Shown here one piece after another: positions 8,578 to 18,359 of a stretch of DNA of 64,000 nucleotides. The stretch spans positions 14,313-78,312 of the forward strand of contig JAVZNR010000001.1 of assembly GCA_038882715.1 (NCBI GenBank), written 5' to 3'. Under the pieces are notes generated by a model that was not told the origin of the DNA, did no database searches, and saw nothing but the letters and a program-made list of their open reading frames with translations. The translations under genes were made by a program, and so were the position numbers. The stretch is from Candidatus Bathyarchaeia archaeon (GTDB taxonomy: Archaea; Thermoproteota; Bathyarchaeia; Bathyarchaeales; DTEX01). Within the stretch, counting starts at the first letter, position 1. The number at the start of each line of letters is the position of its first letter.

Positions 8578-9756
8578 ATGGATAGGGATGTCTTCAAGAT
8601 TGCGGAAAACGTTTACTGGGTTGGTGTGAGGGACTGGAACCGTAGGCTATTTGACGCGTTAATTCCTCTGTCTAGGGGAACATCCTACAACGCCTATCTT
8701 ATCGCGGGCGATGGTGGAAAAGCTTTGATAGACACCGTGAACCCCGGCTTTGAGAAGGATCTCGAAGAGAAGATTCACACCGTTACAGGCCTAGAGGAAA
8801 TAGATTATGTTGTCATGAACCATGCGGAGCCGGATCATGCTGGCGCAATCCCCTACATAATGGAGAGAGCACCTAAAGCGAAGCTTGTAACCACTAGTAG
8901 AGGAGCTAGGATGGCGCAGGTCTACTACCGTGTTCCACAGGAAAGAATAAGGGTTGTTAGCGACAATGAAGCCATAAACCTAGGCGATAAGACTCTCCTC
9001 TTCATAGAGGCGCCCATGCTCCATTGGCCTGAAACAATGTTCACATACCTAAAAGAGGACGGCATCCTTTTTCCATGCGACTTCTTCGGCGCCCACTTAG
9101 CCGACGGCGTCTACAGCGATGAGGTTGAGGACTATATTGTTCACGCTCAGAGATACTGGGGTGAAATAATGATGCCCTTTAGACTTATGGCGCAGAGAGC
9201 TCTCGATAAAATCGCTAATCTAGATATCCGCATTATGGCGCCCAGCCACGGCCCAATCCATAGGAAACCCGAATTCATCTTAAACGCCTATAAGAGGTGG
9301 GCTGCTGGTGAAACCCGCCGAAAAGCCGTTATAGCTTATGTGAGCATGTGGGGAAGCACCGATATGATGGTGAAACGGATAGCTGAGACATTAATGGCTG
9401 AGGGTGTTGAACTCGCCTTCCACAACCTCGCTGTAGCGGGCGCAGGCGACCTAGCAAAAGACCTCGTAGATTCAAGAGCCATAATTTTAGGCGCGCCAGC
9501 AGTCCTAGGAGGGGCTCATCCTCTATCAGTCTACGCCGCTTATCTCTTTAAGGCGCTTCGCCCACCAACAAGGTGGGCTGCCATTTTAAGCTCCTATGGT
9601 TGGGGCGGAGGCGCCGTGAAACAGATTCAGGAAATATTTAAAGACTTTAAGATTGAAGTCGTCGGCACATTTGAGATTAATGGTCCGCCAAGAGAGGAAG
9701 ACATGAAGAAGATCGCTGAGTTGGGCAGATCCCTAGCCGACAAAATTAAGGGGTGA
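8578..9756 (+). CDS. fprA: FprA family flavodiiron protein (O2/NO reductase)
   Basis: GTSYNAYLI, NHAEPDHAG, MLHWPETM, APSHGP, C-terminal flavodoxin domain (SMWGST, SYGWGGGA). Confidence 0.93.
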   Translation: MDRDVFKIAENVYWVGVRDWNRRLFDALIPLSRGTSYNAYLIAGDGGKALIDTVNPGFEKDLEEKIHTVTGLEEIDYVVMNHAEPDHAGAIPYIMERAPKAKLVTTSRGARMAQVYYRVPQERIRVVSDNEAINLGDKTLLFIEAPMLHWPETMFTYLKEDGILFPCDFFGAHLADGVYSDEVEDYIVHAQRYWGEIMMPFRLMAQRALDKIANLDIRIMAPSHGPIHRKPEFILNAYKRWAAGETRRKAVIAYVSMWGSTDMMVKRIAETLMAEGVELAFHNLAVAGAGDLAKDLVDSRAIILGAPAVLGGAHPLSVYAAYLFKALRPPTRWAAILSSYGWGGGAVKQIQEIFKDFKIEVVGTFEINGPPREEDMKKIAELGRSLADKIKG

Positions 9757-9781
9757 AGCTCAACGGTATACGAAAACTCTC

Positions 9782-10735
9782 ATGTATGGGAGGACGCGCC
9801 TTATGGAAGGGAACTATTACGATGTGATAATTGTTGGCGGCGGGCCATCAGGGTTAACCGCCGCAATATATGCTTCCAGAATGGTGTTAAAAACACTTGT
9901 TCTAGAAGAGAACATGCCTGGCGGAAGAGCTCTGGAAGCACCGTTAATAGAGAACTTTCCCGGCTTTCCAGATGGGATATCTGGCGCTGAACTTGTTGAG
10001 AGAATGCTTAAGCAGGCTGAGCGCTTCGGCGCAGAGATACGGTTTCCGGAAGAGGTTCTCGACATGGATCTTTCGGGGCTGATTAAAAGCGTGGTTACCA
10101 GACATAGCAGATATTATGGCTACAGTGTTATAATTGCGACTGGAACGCAGAGAAAAAAGCTAACCGTCCCCGGGGAGGTAGAGTTTCTTGGCCGCGGCGT
10201 CTCGTACTGCGCTGTCTGCGATGCGCCATTCTTTAGAGACAGGGTTGTGGCCGTGGTCGGCTTCAATAATGAGGCGCTGGAAGACGCATTGTATATATTG
10301 GGCTTCGCAAGTAGAGTTATCATGGTATCTCATGGAGAGAAGACCGCTGTTGAGTGGGCTTTGCTCCAGCAAGCCCGCGAAAAGCGGAATATAGAGTTTA
10401 TTGATGCAAAAGTTAAATCAATAAATGGCGACGTATATGTTAACTCTATAACCGTAATGGATCAAAAAGGAATTGTGGATATCCCTGTTAACGGGGTCTT
10501 CATAGTTTTAGGAAGTGTCCCAGTTACAAGCATCGTTAAGAAAGCCGGCATTATGGTCGATGAGAGGGGATGCATAAAAGTTGATAGAAGCCAATCAACT
10601 AACATTGAGGGTGTCTTCGCGGCTGGCGACTGCACATGTGGCGGAATGCAGGTGGCAACAGCCGTGGGCGAAGGGGCAATGGCAGCTTTACAGGCATATA
10701 GATATATCAAAAGGGTAAAAATGAAGGGAACGTAA
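9782..10735 (+). CDS. trxB: Thioredoxin-disulfide reductase
   Basis: GGGPSGLTAAIY, GRGVSYCAVCD redox motif, GVFAAGD. Confidence 0.9.
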   Translation: MYGRTRLMEGNYYDVIIVGGGPSGLTAAIYASRMVLKTLVLEENMPGGRALEAPLIENFPGFPDGISGAELVERMLKQAERFGAEIRFPEEVLDMDLSGLIKSVVTRHSRYYGYSVIIATGTQRKKLTVPGEVEFLGRGVSYCAVCDAPFFRDRVVAVVGFNNEALEDALYILGFASRVIMVSHGEKTAVEWALLQQAREKRNIEFIDAKVKSINGDVYVNSITVMDQKGIVDIPVNGVFIVLGSVPVTSIVKKAGIMVDERGCIKVDRSQSTNIEGVFAAGDCTCGGMQVATAVGEGAMAALQAYRYIKRVKMKGT

Positions 10736-10795
10736 GAAGATACGTCAGCGGTTTAATAGAAAACTTCTGTCCGCTAGATGGAGCTGAAAGATCTA

Positions 10796-12817
10796 TTAAT
10801 AAGTGGGCGCGGGTCTATAGATTATTAAGGTGGAGGATGGAGCTGCCTCGGACGATATTTCAATTCCATCAGTAAGCTGCTTGCCTGTTGCTTGACACGT
10901 CTTCCGATTTAGCTGTTCATCAACTATTTCAATAAGATAACGAGTTGTCTCCGATAATCCGCGTAATTTTAAATAAATTGATGGGTAACCGCATTCGCTT
11001 CTTCGAAACGCTAAGACAACGCCAGCACTAAGATCTGGGTCATGAAATTGATAAGTCATCCATGCATCATCAGCGGTGCTGTATGGCGTCAATGGATAGA
11101 AATCGCCAAAAAAGAATCGACATATCTCCTTGAACTCCTCGATGAGCGCTTTTGCAAAATCAACGTCGATAGGTTTGTCCGCTCTCCAATCCACATAACG
11201 GGGTAGATAACGACTATAGATCTCGTGTGATGCGTTAGGCGACCAAGGAACCCATAAGTTAACACCGCTATTCGCAGCACTCCTAAGCAGATACGCCTTA
11301 GGATAGCCGCATCCAGTAGCCGTTGTTGGGAGCCAAAGACTGATACCATACGTATGGCACTGCTGCCCAACCGGTTCAAAATACTGGTAATCGCTACGCC
11401 AAAGCACAATACTTCTTGAAATAGTCTCAAGATCAATTCGTCTGCCGCCAGATGCGCAATTATCAATTAGCAGGCCTGGATGCCTCCGCAAAAGCTCGTC
11501 CCAAAACTCATATAGTCCCTCAATGTAACGTATCTCCGTGATCCCCTGCCTATCCGGTGGATCGGCGGCACGCCAGAAGGGCAGCGGATCAATGTTAAAG
11601 TCATGCCGATAAATACTGATGCCTTCACTCTCAATCATCGCTGAGATATGTTCCGTCAGCCATTTCCGGGCGCTTTCATTACCAAGATTAAGCAGACCAT
11701 TTGGGTTATCAGGGAGGCGTAAAACCCAGTCTGGATGCTCTCGGTCTATCCATGTGCCTTGAAAAACACGCTCGGGCTCAAACCATAAGATCATCCCTTT
11801 CATACCCATCCTTTTCACAGCGTCTGAAATGGGGCGAAGACCATTTGGGAAACCATCCTTACGCGGAAACCAGTTACCGACACCATTAGGCCAGCGCCCC
11901 TCAAACCAACCTGCATCAAGCCAAAAATATTCGACGCCATAACGGACAAACTGTGATGCGAAATTAATTTGATTCTGCTCAGTTGCTTGATTCGCTTCAT
12001 CTGGCGGCCCGCATGATGAGCAGGAGAGAGGAAGCATAACAGATTTGCCATCCTGCTTAGGTGATCGATGCTTGAGAATGAAGCGGCGGAACATGTTTTG
12101 CCCGATAAGAAAATCATTGCCGCGCCAGAAGAGTAGCAATACGCGTGGAGTGCGGATCTCTTCGCCGCTATAAAGGCTTAAGCGAGTTAACTCCATACCA
12201 GCTTGGACTTTGACGCCATCTCCTTCATGCGTGAATAGTGACGACCATTGGCCAGACCAACCTATTGCAATTATGACTCCGCCCTCATCGGTGGCTTCAA
12301 GATTAAAGAAGGGCGATGCAGTTGTGTTTGATGAGCGCCCGCCAATTGGAGCAAAACTAAGTGTGGTGTTTTGTTTTATCTCTTCATGTATCGGCGCGAA
12401 ATCATTTCGCTGAGCACTACTGCCGAGAGAACGATGGAGAATGAAGCCTTTACTTGACTGAGATATGAATTTCAGATCAAGCGTTTGAATATCCTCGATC
12501 AGCGGCGACTTATTGGCGGCACCTTTAAGAAAATTAAACCTTAGGACCCACTCAACAGCTGGGAAATCTGAGAATAATGTGCATTCGCATTTCAATTCAA
12601 GGTTTGTTTGCGGGTCACCCCAAGTGAAAAGGCATAGGGATCTTTCATCATCAATTTGTTTCTGCTCGCTCGCAAAATCCCATGAATGAATAAAATACGA
12701 TGAAGGCTTACCGGCGTAAGTAAATGAGAATGGCGGTATAGTGTTTTGAGCGAAAATCCGCATTACCCAGGTTTTAACCTCTACAGAATCCGCGAGAGAC
12801 CAAACGAGGGGGAACAT
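10796..12817 (-). CDS. Alpha-galactosidase (GH36-like)
   Basis: WLDAGW, LWFEPE, YRHDFN (nucleophile), IDNCASGGRRIDLE, WRSD (acid/base). Confidence 0.85.
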   Translation of the reverse strand: MFPLVWSLADSVEVKTWVMRIFAQNTIPPFSFTYAGKPSSYFIHSWDFASEQKQIDDERSLCLFTWGDPQTNLELKCECTLFSDFPAVEWVLRFNFLKGAANKSPLIEDIQTLDLKFISQSSKGFILHRSLGSSAQRNDFAPIHEEIKQNTTLSFAPIGGRSSNTTASPFFNLEATDEGGVIIAIGWSGQWSSLFTHEGDGVKVQAGMELTRLSLYSGEEIRTPRVLLLFWRGNDFLIGQNMFRRFILKHRSPKQDGKSVMLPLSCSSCGPPDEANQATEQNQINFASQFVRYGVEYFWLDAGWFEGRWPNGVGNWFPRKDGFPNGLRPISDAVKRMGMKGMILWFEPERVFQGTWIDREHPDWVLRLPDNPNGLLNLGNESARKWLTEHISAMIESEGISIYRHDFNIDPLPFWRAADPPDRQGITEIRYIEGLYEFWDELLRRHPGLLIDNCASGGRRIDLETISRSIVLWRSDYQYFEPVGQQCHTYGISLWLPTTATGCGYPKAYLLRSAANSGVNLWVPWSPNASHEIYSRYLPRYVDWRADKPIDVDFAKALIEEFKEICRFFFGDFYPLTPYSTADDAWMTYQFHDPDLSAGVVLAFRRSECGYPSIYLKLRGLSETTRYLIEIVDEQLNRKTCQATGKQLTDGIEISSEAAPSSTLIIYRPAPTY

Positions 12818-12964
12818 GACTGGATATATGGATAAATAGTGTCATAAATCTTTTTAGCGGTGGCTTTAGAGGCGTAAGGAGACACTAAAGAAAAAGTGAA
12901 TTTAAAGTGACGCTAGATTTGATGCTAAAGTTGCTGGCAAAGATATGCGAGATTTCATTTGTTT

Positions 12965-13582
12965 TCATTTCAATTTTTCTTCAAGCCTTCTATTAACTTC
13001 GTCCCAGTTGACTATGTTCCAGAAGGCTTCGACGAAGTCCGCTCTCCTATTCTTGTAGTCTATGTAGTAGGCGTGTTCGAAGACGTCTAGGACCATTAGG
13101 ATTGGGAAGGTCGGATATATGTTAGTATTATGCTTCTCTATCTGCATAATTATTAGGCGTCCGGTCTGCCCGCATATTGTCAGCGCAGCCCAACCGGAAC
13201 CCTCAACGCTGACAGCAGCCTGAGTAAACTCCTTCCTAAACCTCTCAAAGCTCCCGAACTCGCCCTCGATGAGACTGGCTAGTTTTCCGCCAGGTTTGCC
13301 GCCGCCCTTACCTGGAGGAGCAAGGTTCCTCCAGAACAACGAGTGCAGCAAGTGCCCTCCAATGTTCCATGAGAACTCCTTTAAAGCCGCCTTCACATCT
13401 ATATCCGCGTTCTCTCTTCGGGCGCTGTCCAGCCTCCTAAGTATAGCATTAGCCCCATTAACATAGGCTTGGTGATGAACCGTGTGATGAACTCGCAGCT
13501 GCTCCTCAGACATATATGGCGCTAAATCACCATAACCGTAGGGCAGCTGAGGCAAAACATATAATTTAGCGGTCTCCAACAA
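12965..13582 (-). CDS. sod: Fe/Mn superoxide dismutase
   Basis: [28 protein letters not shown] metal-binding motifs. Confidence 0.96.
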   Translation of the reverse strand: MLETAKLYVLPQLPYGYGDLAPYMSEEQLRVHHTVHHQAYVNGANAILRRLDSARRENADIDVKAALKEFSWNIGGHLLHSLFWRNLAPPGKGGGKPGGKLASLIEGEFGSFERFRKEFTQAAVSVEGSGWAALTICGQTGRLIIMQIEKHNTNIYPTFPILMVLDVFEHAYYIDYKNRRADFVEAFWNIVNWDEVNRRLEEKLK

Positions 13583-13630
13583 GAAACCTCCCTAAACAAT
13601 ATATTCTTTATTACGACATTTATATTTATT

Positions 13631-13792
13631 TTAACCTATTCTCCTGAACATGTTTTTTGAGGCCCCGCATATTGGGCAAACCCAGTTGTCCGGCAACTCC
13701 TTGAATGGTGTTCCCGGCGCTATATTTTGGGTTGAGTCGCCTATCTCTGGGTCGTAGATGTAGCCGCAGATCCGGCACTCCCACTTATCCAA
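13631..13792 (-). CDS. Rubredoxin (53 aa, below the ORF-track cutoff)
   Basis: Manual translation from TTG: MDKWECRICGYIYDPEIGDSTQNIAPGTPFKELPDNWVCPICGASKNMFRRIG*; two CxxC motifs. Confidence 0.95.
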   Translation of the reverse strand: MDKWECRICGYIYDPEIGDSTQNIAPGTPFKELPDNWVCPICGASKNMFRRIG

Positions 13793-13824
13793 TTTTCAGC
13801 CCCCAATCTAGGTTATAACATGCT

Positions 13825-14325
13825 TTAGAATTTCTTTATTTTATCCCTAGTGGCGCCGCATATTGGGCATCTGTCAAGTTCTTCTTCCGACGTGTAGCCG
13901 CACACGCTACATATGTATATTGCTTCCAGCGATATGTCTTTGCCGCTTTCAACGGATTGCTTAGCCCTCTGATACATTGCCGCATGGATCTTCTCCGCCT
14001 GCAGAGCCCACTTAGTCGTCCTCTGGGCGCCCCTCTCATCCTGTAGCTTAGCAACAGCGTTATACGCCGGATACATTTCGTTAACCTCATAGGTTTCTCC
14101 GTTTATAGCCTCCTGAAGGTTATCCGCTGTACTGCGAATCATTCCCAAAACACTGTAATGGTTAGCGGCGTGAACCTGCTCAGCGTACGCTATGGCCCTA
14201 AATAGCCTAGCAACATTCCTAAACCCATCTTCCTCAGCCTTCTCTGCGAAAATCAGGTAACGCATATGCGCTTGGCTTTCCCCGGCGAAAGCGCTCTTTA
14301 AATTATCTTCAGTCATCTTTCTCAT
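13825..14325 (-). CDS. rbr: Rubrerythrin
   Basis: AFAGESQA, EQVHA, GETYE, EKIHA di-iron ligands; C-terminal CSVCGY..CPICG. Confidence 0.94.
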   Translation of the reverse strand: MRKMTEDNLKSAFAGESQAHMRYLIFAEKAEEDGFRNVARLFRAIAYAEQVHAANHYSVLGMIRSTADNLQEAINGETYEVNEMYPAYNAVAKLQDERGAQRTTKWALQAEKIHAAMYQRAKQSVESGKDISLEAIYICSVCGYTSEEELDRCPICGATRDKIKKF

Positions 14326-14430
14326 GTATATAATTCCTCCATAACCTCACAATAAATTTATTATTCTGTATTAAATTTAAAAGTTTTATGTGTGTTTTTC
14401 GGATAAAAAATAGTTAAATAATGAATTAAG

Positions 14431-14871
14431 GTGAAGGAAAGTATGGTGGATAATACTGATTTAGCAATCCTAAAGATCTTGCAGAAAGATGCTAGCGTAT
14501 CTTTCACTGAGATTGCTCATCAGCTTAAGGTAAGTGAGTCCACTGTTAGAAAGAGAGTGGAGAAGATGAGGCAGGAAGGTGTTATAAAGAGGTTCACGGT
14601 TATAGTTGAGCCCTCTAAGATAGGTTTTAACGTTATTGCGATAGTTGGCATAGACGTTGAGCCTTCAAAGATTCTAGAGGTGTCCCAGAAGCTATGTGAG
14701 CTGCCCGAGACAAGATATGTGGCTACTTCCACAGGAGACCACATGATTATGGTTGAGGTGTGGGCTAAAGATACAAGGGATTTAATGAGAATAATATCGG
14801 AGCGAATAGGCGCAATAGACGGCGTTAAAAGAGTTTGCCCCTCAATAATATCGGAGAAACTTAAAGAATAG
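14431..14871 (+). CDS. Lrp/AsnC family transcriptional regulator
   Basis: DLAILKILQKDASVSFTEIA..LKVSESTVRKRVEKM..GVIKRF HTH plus RAM domain. Confidence 0.92.
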   Translation: MKESMVDNTDLAILKILQKDASVSFTEIAHQLKVSESTVRKRVEKMRQEGVIKRFTVIVEPSKIGFNVIAIVGIDVEPSKILEVSQKLCELPETRYVATSTGDHMIMVEVWAKDTRDLMRIISERIGAIDGVKRVCPSIISEKLKE

Positions 14872-14937
14872 TTAGCGGAACGCTAATATTGTAGTCTAAG
14901 ACTCTATTATTGTTTATCGTCCCGTAGCGGAGGACAG

Positions 14938-15429
14938 TTGGTGGAAAATTTGACCGTGAAAGATGATTTGCTGGATTTTATTAGGAAACAGATCACTGTT
15001 GAGAATGAAATTGTGAAGTCTCTCAACGAAGCCCTACAGGATATGCAAAACCCGGCCGTTAAAGGGGTTTTGAGGGGGATATCCCTAGACTCCGCTAAGC
15101 ACACAGACATGTATGCCTCAGCCCTAACGCTTTTAACAACAGCGCCGCAGGCCCTTTCGCAGGAGCAGCTTGATAGGCATAGAATGGTTGTGGAGAAGCA
15201 TATACGGATAGAGGCCGAGCTAATAGAGAAGATTAACAGCATTCTACCTACTGTGGAGAACGAGAAGGTTAAGCTACTCCTAACAGCTATATTAGAGGAT
15301 GAGAAAAGGCATCACGCACTCCTAAAACAGGTTCTGGAGATCATTGTTCGCGGAGAAACAATAACTGAAGACGAGTGGTGGGATATAGTGTGGAAAAGCA
15401 CACCATTTCATGGAGCCCCCGGAGGATAG
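14938..15429 (+). CDS. Ferritin-like four-helix-bundle protein
   Basis: Helical; DSAKH and EDEKRHH ligand-like motifs; lies in redox cluster. Confidence 0.7.
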   Translation: MVENLTVKDDLLDFIRKQITVENEIVKSLNEALQDMQNPAVKGVLRGISLDSAKHTDMYASALTLLTTAPQALSQEQLDRHRMVVEKHIRIEAELIEKINSILPTVENEKVKLLLTAILEDEKRHHALLKQVLEIIVRGETITEDEWWDIVWKSTPFHGAPGG

Positions 15430-15506
15430 GATGAAAATAATCCGGGAGTTGATGTAAAGTATTTAAGCGAATACATAAATATATTTAAGGTAAAGGAGGT
15501 AAAAAT

Positions 15507-15926
15507 TTGGCTTCCAAAGAACTTCTGGATTTATTGAATGATGCTATAGCGCGCGAACTTCAGGTATCCATACAATACATATGGCAGCACGTCCAGTGGA
15601 GCGGCGTTAAGGGCTTCGCCGTCCAAGAGGAGTTGAAGAAGATAGCCATAACCGAGATGAAGCATGCTGAAGCTATAGCGGAAAGGCTTGTCTATTTAGG
15701 CGGCACCCCAACAACTAAGCCTTCAGAAATATTTGTGGGGAAGACGCTGAAAGAGATGATTGAGCGGGACGTGAAAGACGAGGAGAACGCGATAAAACTC
15801 TATAAAATAATAATAGAGAAGGCTCGCAAAGAAAACGATGTAACAACGGCAGTTCTATTCGAAGGAATACTAAAGGATGAAGAAGAACACCACGACTTCT
15901 TCACAACACTCCTAGAAGAAATCTAA
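15507..15926 (+). CDS. Short bacterioferritin-like protein
   Basis: ARELQVSIQY, ITEMKHAEAIAERL..LGG.P, DEENAIKLY, DEEEHH ferroxidase-type ligands. Confidence 0.85.
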   Translation: MASKELLDLLNDAIARELQVSIQYIWQHVQWSGVKGFAVQEELKKIAITEMKHAEAIAERLVYLGGTPTTKPSEIFVGKTLKEMIERDVKDEENAIKLYKIIIEKARKENDVTTAVLFEGILKDEEEHHDFFTTLLEEI

Positions 15927-16028
15927 AATAGATTCCCGTCAAACTCAATCCAATTTTTTCCTCTTATTCTCAAAATTATTGTAAGGCTTAAATTAACAGT
16001 TTTCCTTAAAAGGTATTGTGGTGAAATT

Positions 16029-16403
16029 ATGGCGAGCGTGCTGGATGTTGATGCTGAGGACTGGGAAAGAGAGGTTTTACAGTCCGACATATTAACCGTT
16101 GTGGATTTCTGGCATGAGAGGTGCCCATGGTGCATTAGGCTGAACCCGGTCTTCGAGGAGGTTGCTGAGGAGTATAGGGATAGGGCAAAATTCGTGAGAT
16201 TCAACGTGCTTAAGAGCCCTAGGAATAGGGATATAGCGATTAGAAACGGCGTTATGGGTACGCCCACAATCGCCTTCTACTGCAGCGGCAGACATATCAG
16301 CTCAATAGTCGGCTTTGTTCCAAAAGCCCACCTAAAACATGTTATTGAGGATATAATGGAGCGCTATAGAGAATGCGTCAAACAAAGCACGAAACTAGAG
16401 TAA
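16029..16403 (+). CDS. Thioredoxin family protein
   Basis: VVDFWHERCPWC, GVMGTPT cis-Pro loop. Confidence 0.9.
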   Translation: MASVLDVDAEDWEREVLQSDILTVVDFWHERCPWCIRLNPVFEEVAEEYRDRAKFVRFNVLKSPRNRDIAIRNGVMGTPTIAFYCSGRHISSIVGFVPKAHLKHVIEDIMERYRECVKQSTKLE

Positions 16404-16571
16404 CTTGATACGACTCCTATAACATTAGCCTTTTTTTATTGATGAGATGGAAACCATGATGTATCTCCCAGACGCGCTATCTAAGCTATTATTGCAGAAA
16501 TAGTTTCGTGATTAATTTTAATGGATACAAAAGCATCAACATGACGCTGCGCTGTTAAGAGAGGCTGCTGT

Positions 16572-17135
16572 TCATCTCATAAACCTTTTCATAATGGTCT
16601 CTAATATTTTCTCGGCGCATTCCTCTGGGCTGATCTTATCCGAGTCAACCGTGACCTCCGGGTCTAACGGCTCCTCATATGGTGCCCCTAACCCCGGAAC
16701 AGTTTTGCTCTCGCCCTTAAAGGCTTTAGCGTAAACCTCTCTAGGCGCTCCATAGGCGTCCGCTTTACGCTTAGACTCCCTCTCAATGCAGACCTCTAGG
16801 GGGCATCTTAAGTAGGCTTCCATAAATGATGGTATCTGGCGCCTAGCGTTATCGCGGTACCTACGCCTATTGCCAGTAGCATCAATAATAACGTTCACAC
16901 CGTTCTCCGTTAGAATCTTAGCGATGTAGACGAGCGCGCCGTAAACAATGTCGCGTTCCTCCTCAGTGTATTTGGGGTTAGGCGTTATAACCCTACGTAG
17001 AGCATCCGAAGAAAGAACATAAGCGTGTACGCCCATTGCCTTAAGCTTATCGGCCAATAGATGTGCGACAGTGGACTTGCCGCTGCCGGGCAAACCGGTA
17101 ACCCAAACGCACCAGCCACTGTTAAACATTTTCAC
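16572..17135 (-). CDS. Adenylylsulfate-kinase-like P-loop small-molecule kinase
   Basis: WVTGLPGSGKST, VIIDAT, CPLEVC, PYEEP motifs; GTG start overlaps upstream TGA (GTGA). Confidence 0.75.
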   Translation of the reverse strand: MKMFNSGWCVWVTGLPGSGKSTVAHLLADKLKAMGVHAYVLSSDALRRVITPNPKYTEEERDIVYGALVYIAKILTENGVNVIIDATGNRRRYRDNARRQIPSFMEAYLRCPLEVCIERESKRKADAYGAPREVYAKAFKGESKTVPGLGAPYEEPLDPEVTVDSDKISPEECAEKILETIMKRFMR

Positions 17136-17341
17136 CCTTTCCTTCGGCGCGTAACTATTAGTCCATATATCCCATGATAGCCTATTAGTAGACCCGCAAA
17201 TGATGACGTGAACGCGGCTATCGATAGAACATACGATTTCTCTAGAATCCCGATGACCATGAGAAACGATATTAAGAAGCTTACTACTAGCATTATTCCC
17301 CCGATGATTATTTCAATATGTTCTTTTCGCATGTTAACCAT
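17132..17341 (-). CDS. Small two-TM membrane protein at the end of the ABC operon
   Basis: 69 aa, two hydrophobic stretches, overlaps both neighbours. Confidence 0.7.
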   Translation of the reverse strand: MVNMRKEHIEIIIGGIMLVVSFLISFLMVIGILEKSYVLSIAAFTSSFAGLLIGYHGIYGLIVTRRRKG

Positions 17342-18359
17342 AAAGCCAACACTTCACATAATGCCCTCTACTGGCTTCTATTAATGGGGGCTCCTTAACG
17401 TCACATACCCCTTTCATGAAGTTTGGGCATCTTGGATTAAAGCGGCAGCCTGTCGGCGGATTTATTAGGTTGGGTGGTTCACCCACCGGCACATCTCTAA
17501 TTATAAGGCGGTTTGCCGGGTCAGGATCCGGTATAACGTTCAGTAAAGCTTTAGTATACGGATGTAACGGGTTGACCAATATTTCCCTTGTTTCAGCAAC
17601 CTCAAAAATATGGGCTGCATACATTATACAAATTTTCTCCGAGAAGTATTTTGTGGTGGAAAGGTCGTGTGTTATATATATTATGCTCAGACTATATTTC
17701 TGCTGCAATTCTTGGAGCAGATTTAAAATCTCTATTCTAACTGATGCATCTAGCATGGAGACGGGCTCATCGGCAACTATCATCCTTGGCTCTAGGATTG
17801 TAGCTCTGGCTATAACCAGCCTCTGCTGCTGCCCCCCACTCAACATATGCGGATACTTATTGATGAAGTCTTCAACTGGTATCAGCTTAACCCTCTCTAA
17901 GGCCCTATAAATTCTCTCTTCTTTATCCTTCTTACTTTCTATTCCATTAATTATCAGCGGCTCCTCCAATATCCTCTTCACGGTCATGAATGGCGGTAAC
18001 GCACCAAAAGGATCCTGCTGGACTAAGCCTGTCTCACGTCTATACCACTTTAAATCTTTCCACTTTAAATGAGTTATATCTTTTCCATCAAATATTATTC
18101 TTCCATCGGTTGGCTCATACAGCCTAAGTATTGTTTTGCCGAGAGTTGTCTTTCCACAGCCGCTCTCACCGACCACCGCGACAGCTTCCCCTCTATTTAA
18201 TGTTAGGTTCACATTATCGACAGCCTTTAGATAGAGTTTCCTGCCGAATAAACCTCTTTTTATCTCAAAATACTTTTTCAGGTTTTCGACCATCAATAAT
18301 GGTGTGCTCATACTCCTACTCCTTCGCATAAAGCCAACATTTAACATAAAAATCTTCAT
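17334..18359 (-). CDS. Oligopeptide/dipeptide ABC transporter ATP-binding subunit (OppF-like); start probably MSTPLL
   Basis: GESGCGKTT, LSGGQQQR, ADEP, C-terminal P.GCRF.PRCP. Confidence 0.93.
   Translation of the reverse strand: MKIFMLNVGFMRRSRSMSTPLLMVENLKKYFEIKRGLFGRKLYLKAVDNVNLTLNRGEAVAVVGESGCGKTTLGKTILRLYEPTDGRIIFDGKDITHLKWKDLKWYRRETGLVQQDPFGALPPFMTVKRILEEPLIINGIESKKDKEERIYRALERVKLIPVEDFINKYPHMLSGGQQQRLVIARATILEPRMIVADEPVSMLDASVRIEILNLLQELQQKYSLSIIYITHDLSTTKYFSEKICIMYAAHIFEVAETREILVNPLHPYTKALLNVIPDPDPANRLIIRDVPVGEPPNLINPPTGCRFNPRCPNFMKGVCDVKEPPLIEASRGHYVKCWLYG

Noticed and set aside
16404-16571. Possible C/D box sRNA (TGATGA-like motifs)
   Set aside because: No matching CTGA D box or terminal stem found.
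16572-17135. Sulfate assimilation (cysC)
   Set aside because: No sat/cysD/cysH in the window and the gene is coupled to a transporter operon; only fold-level similarity is supported.
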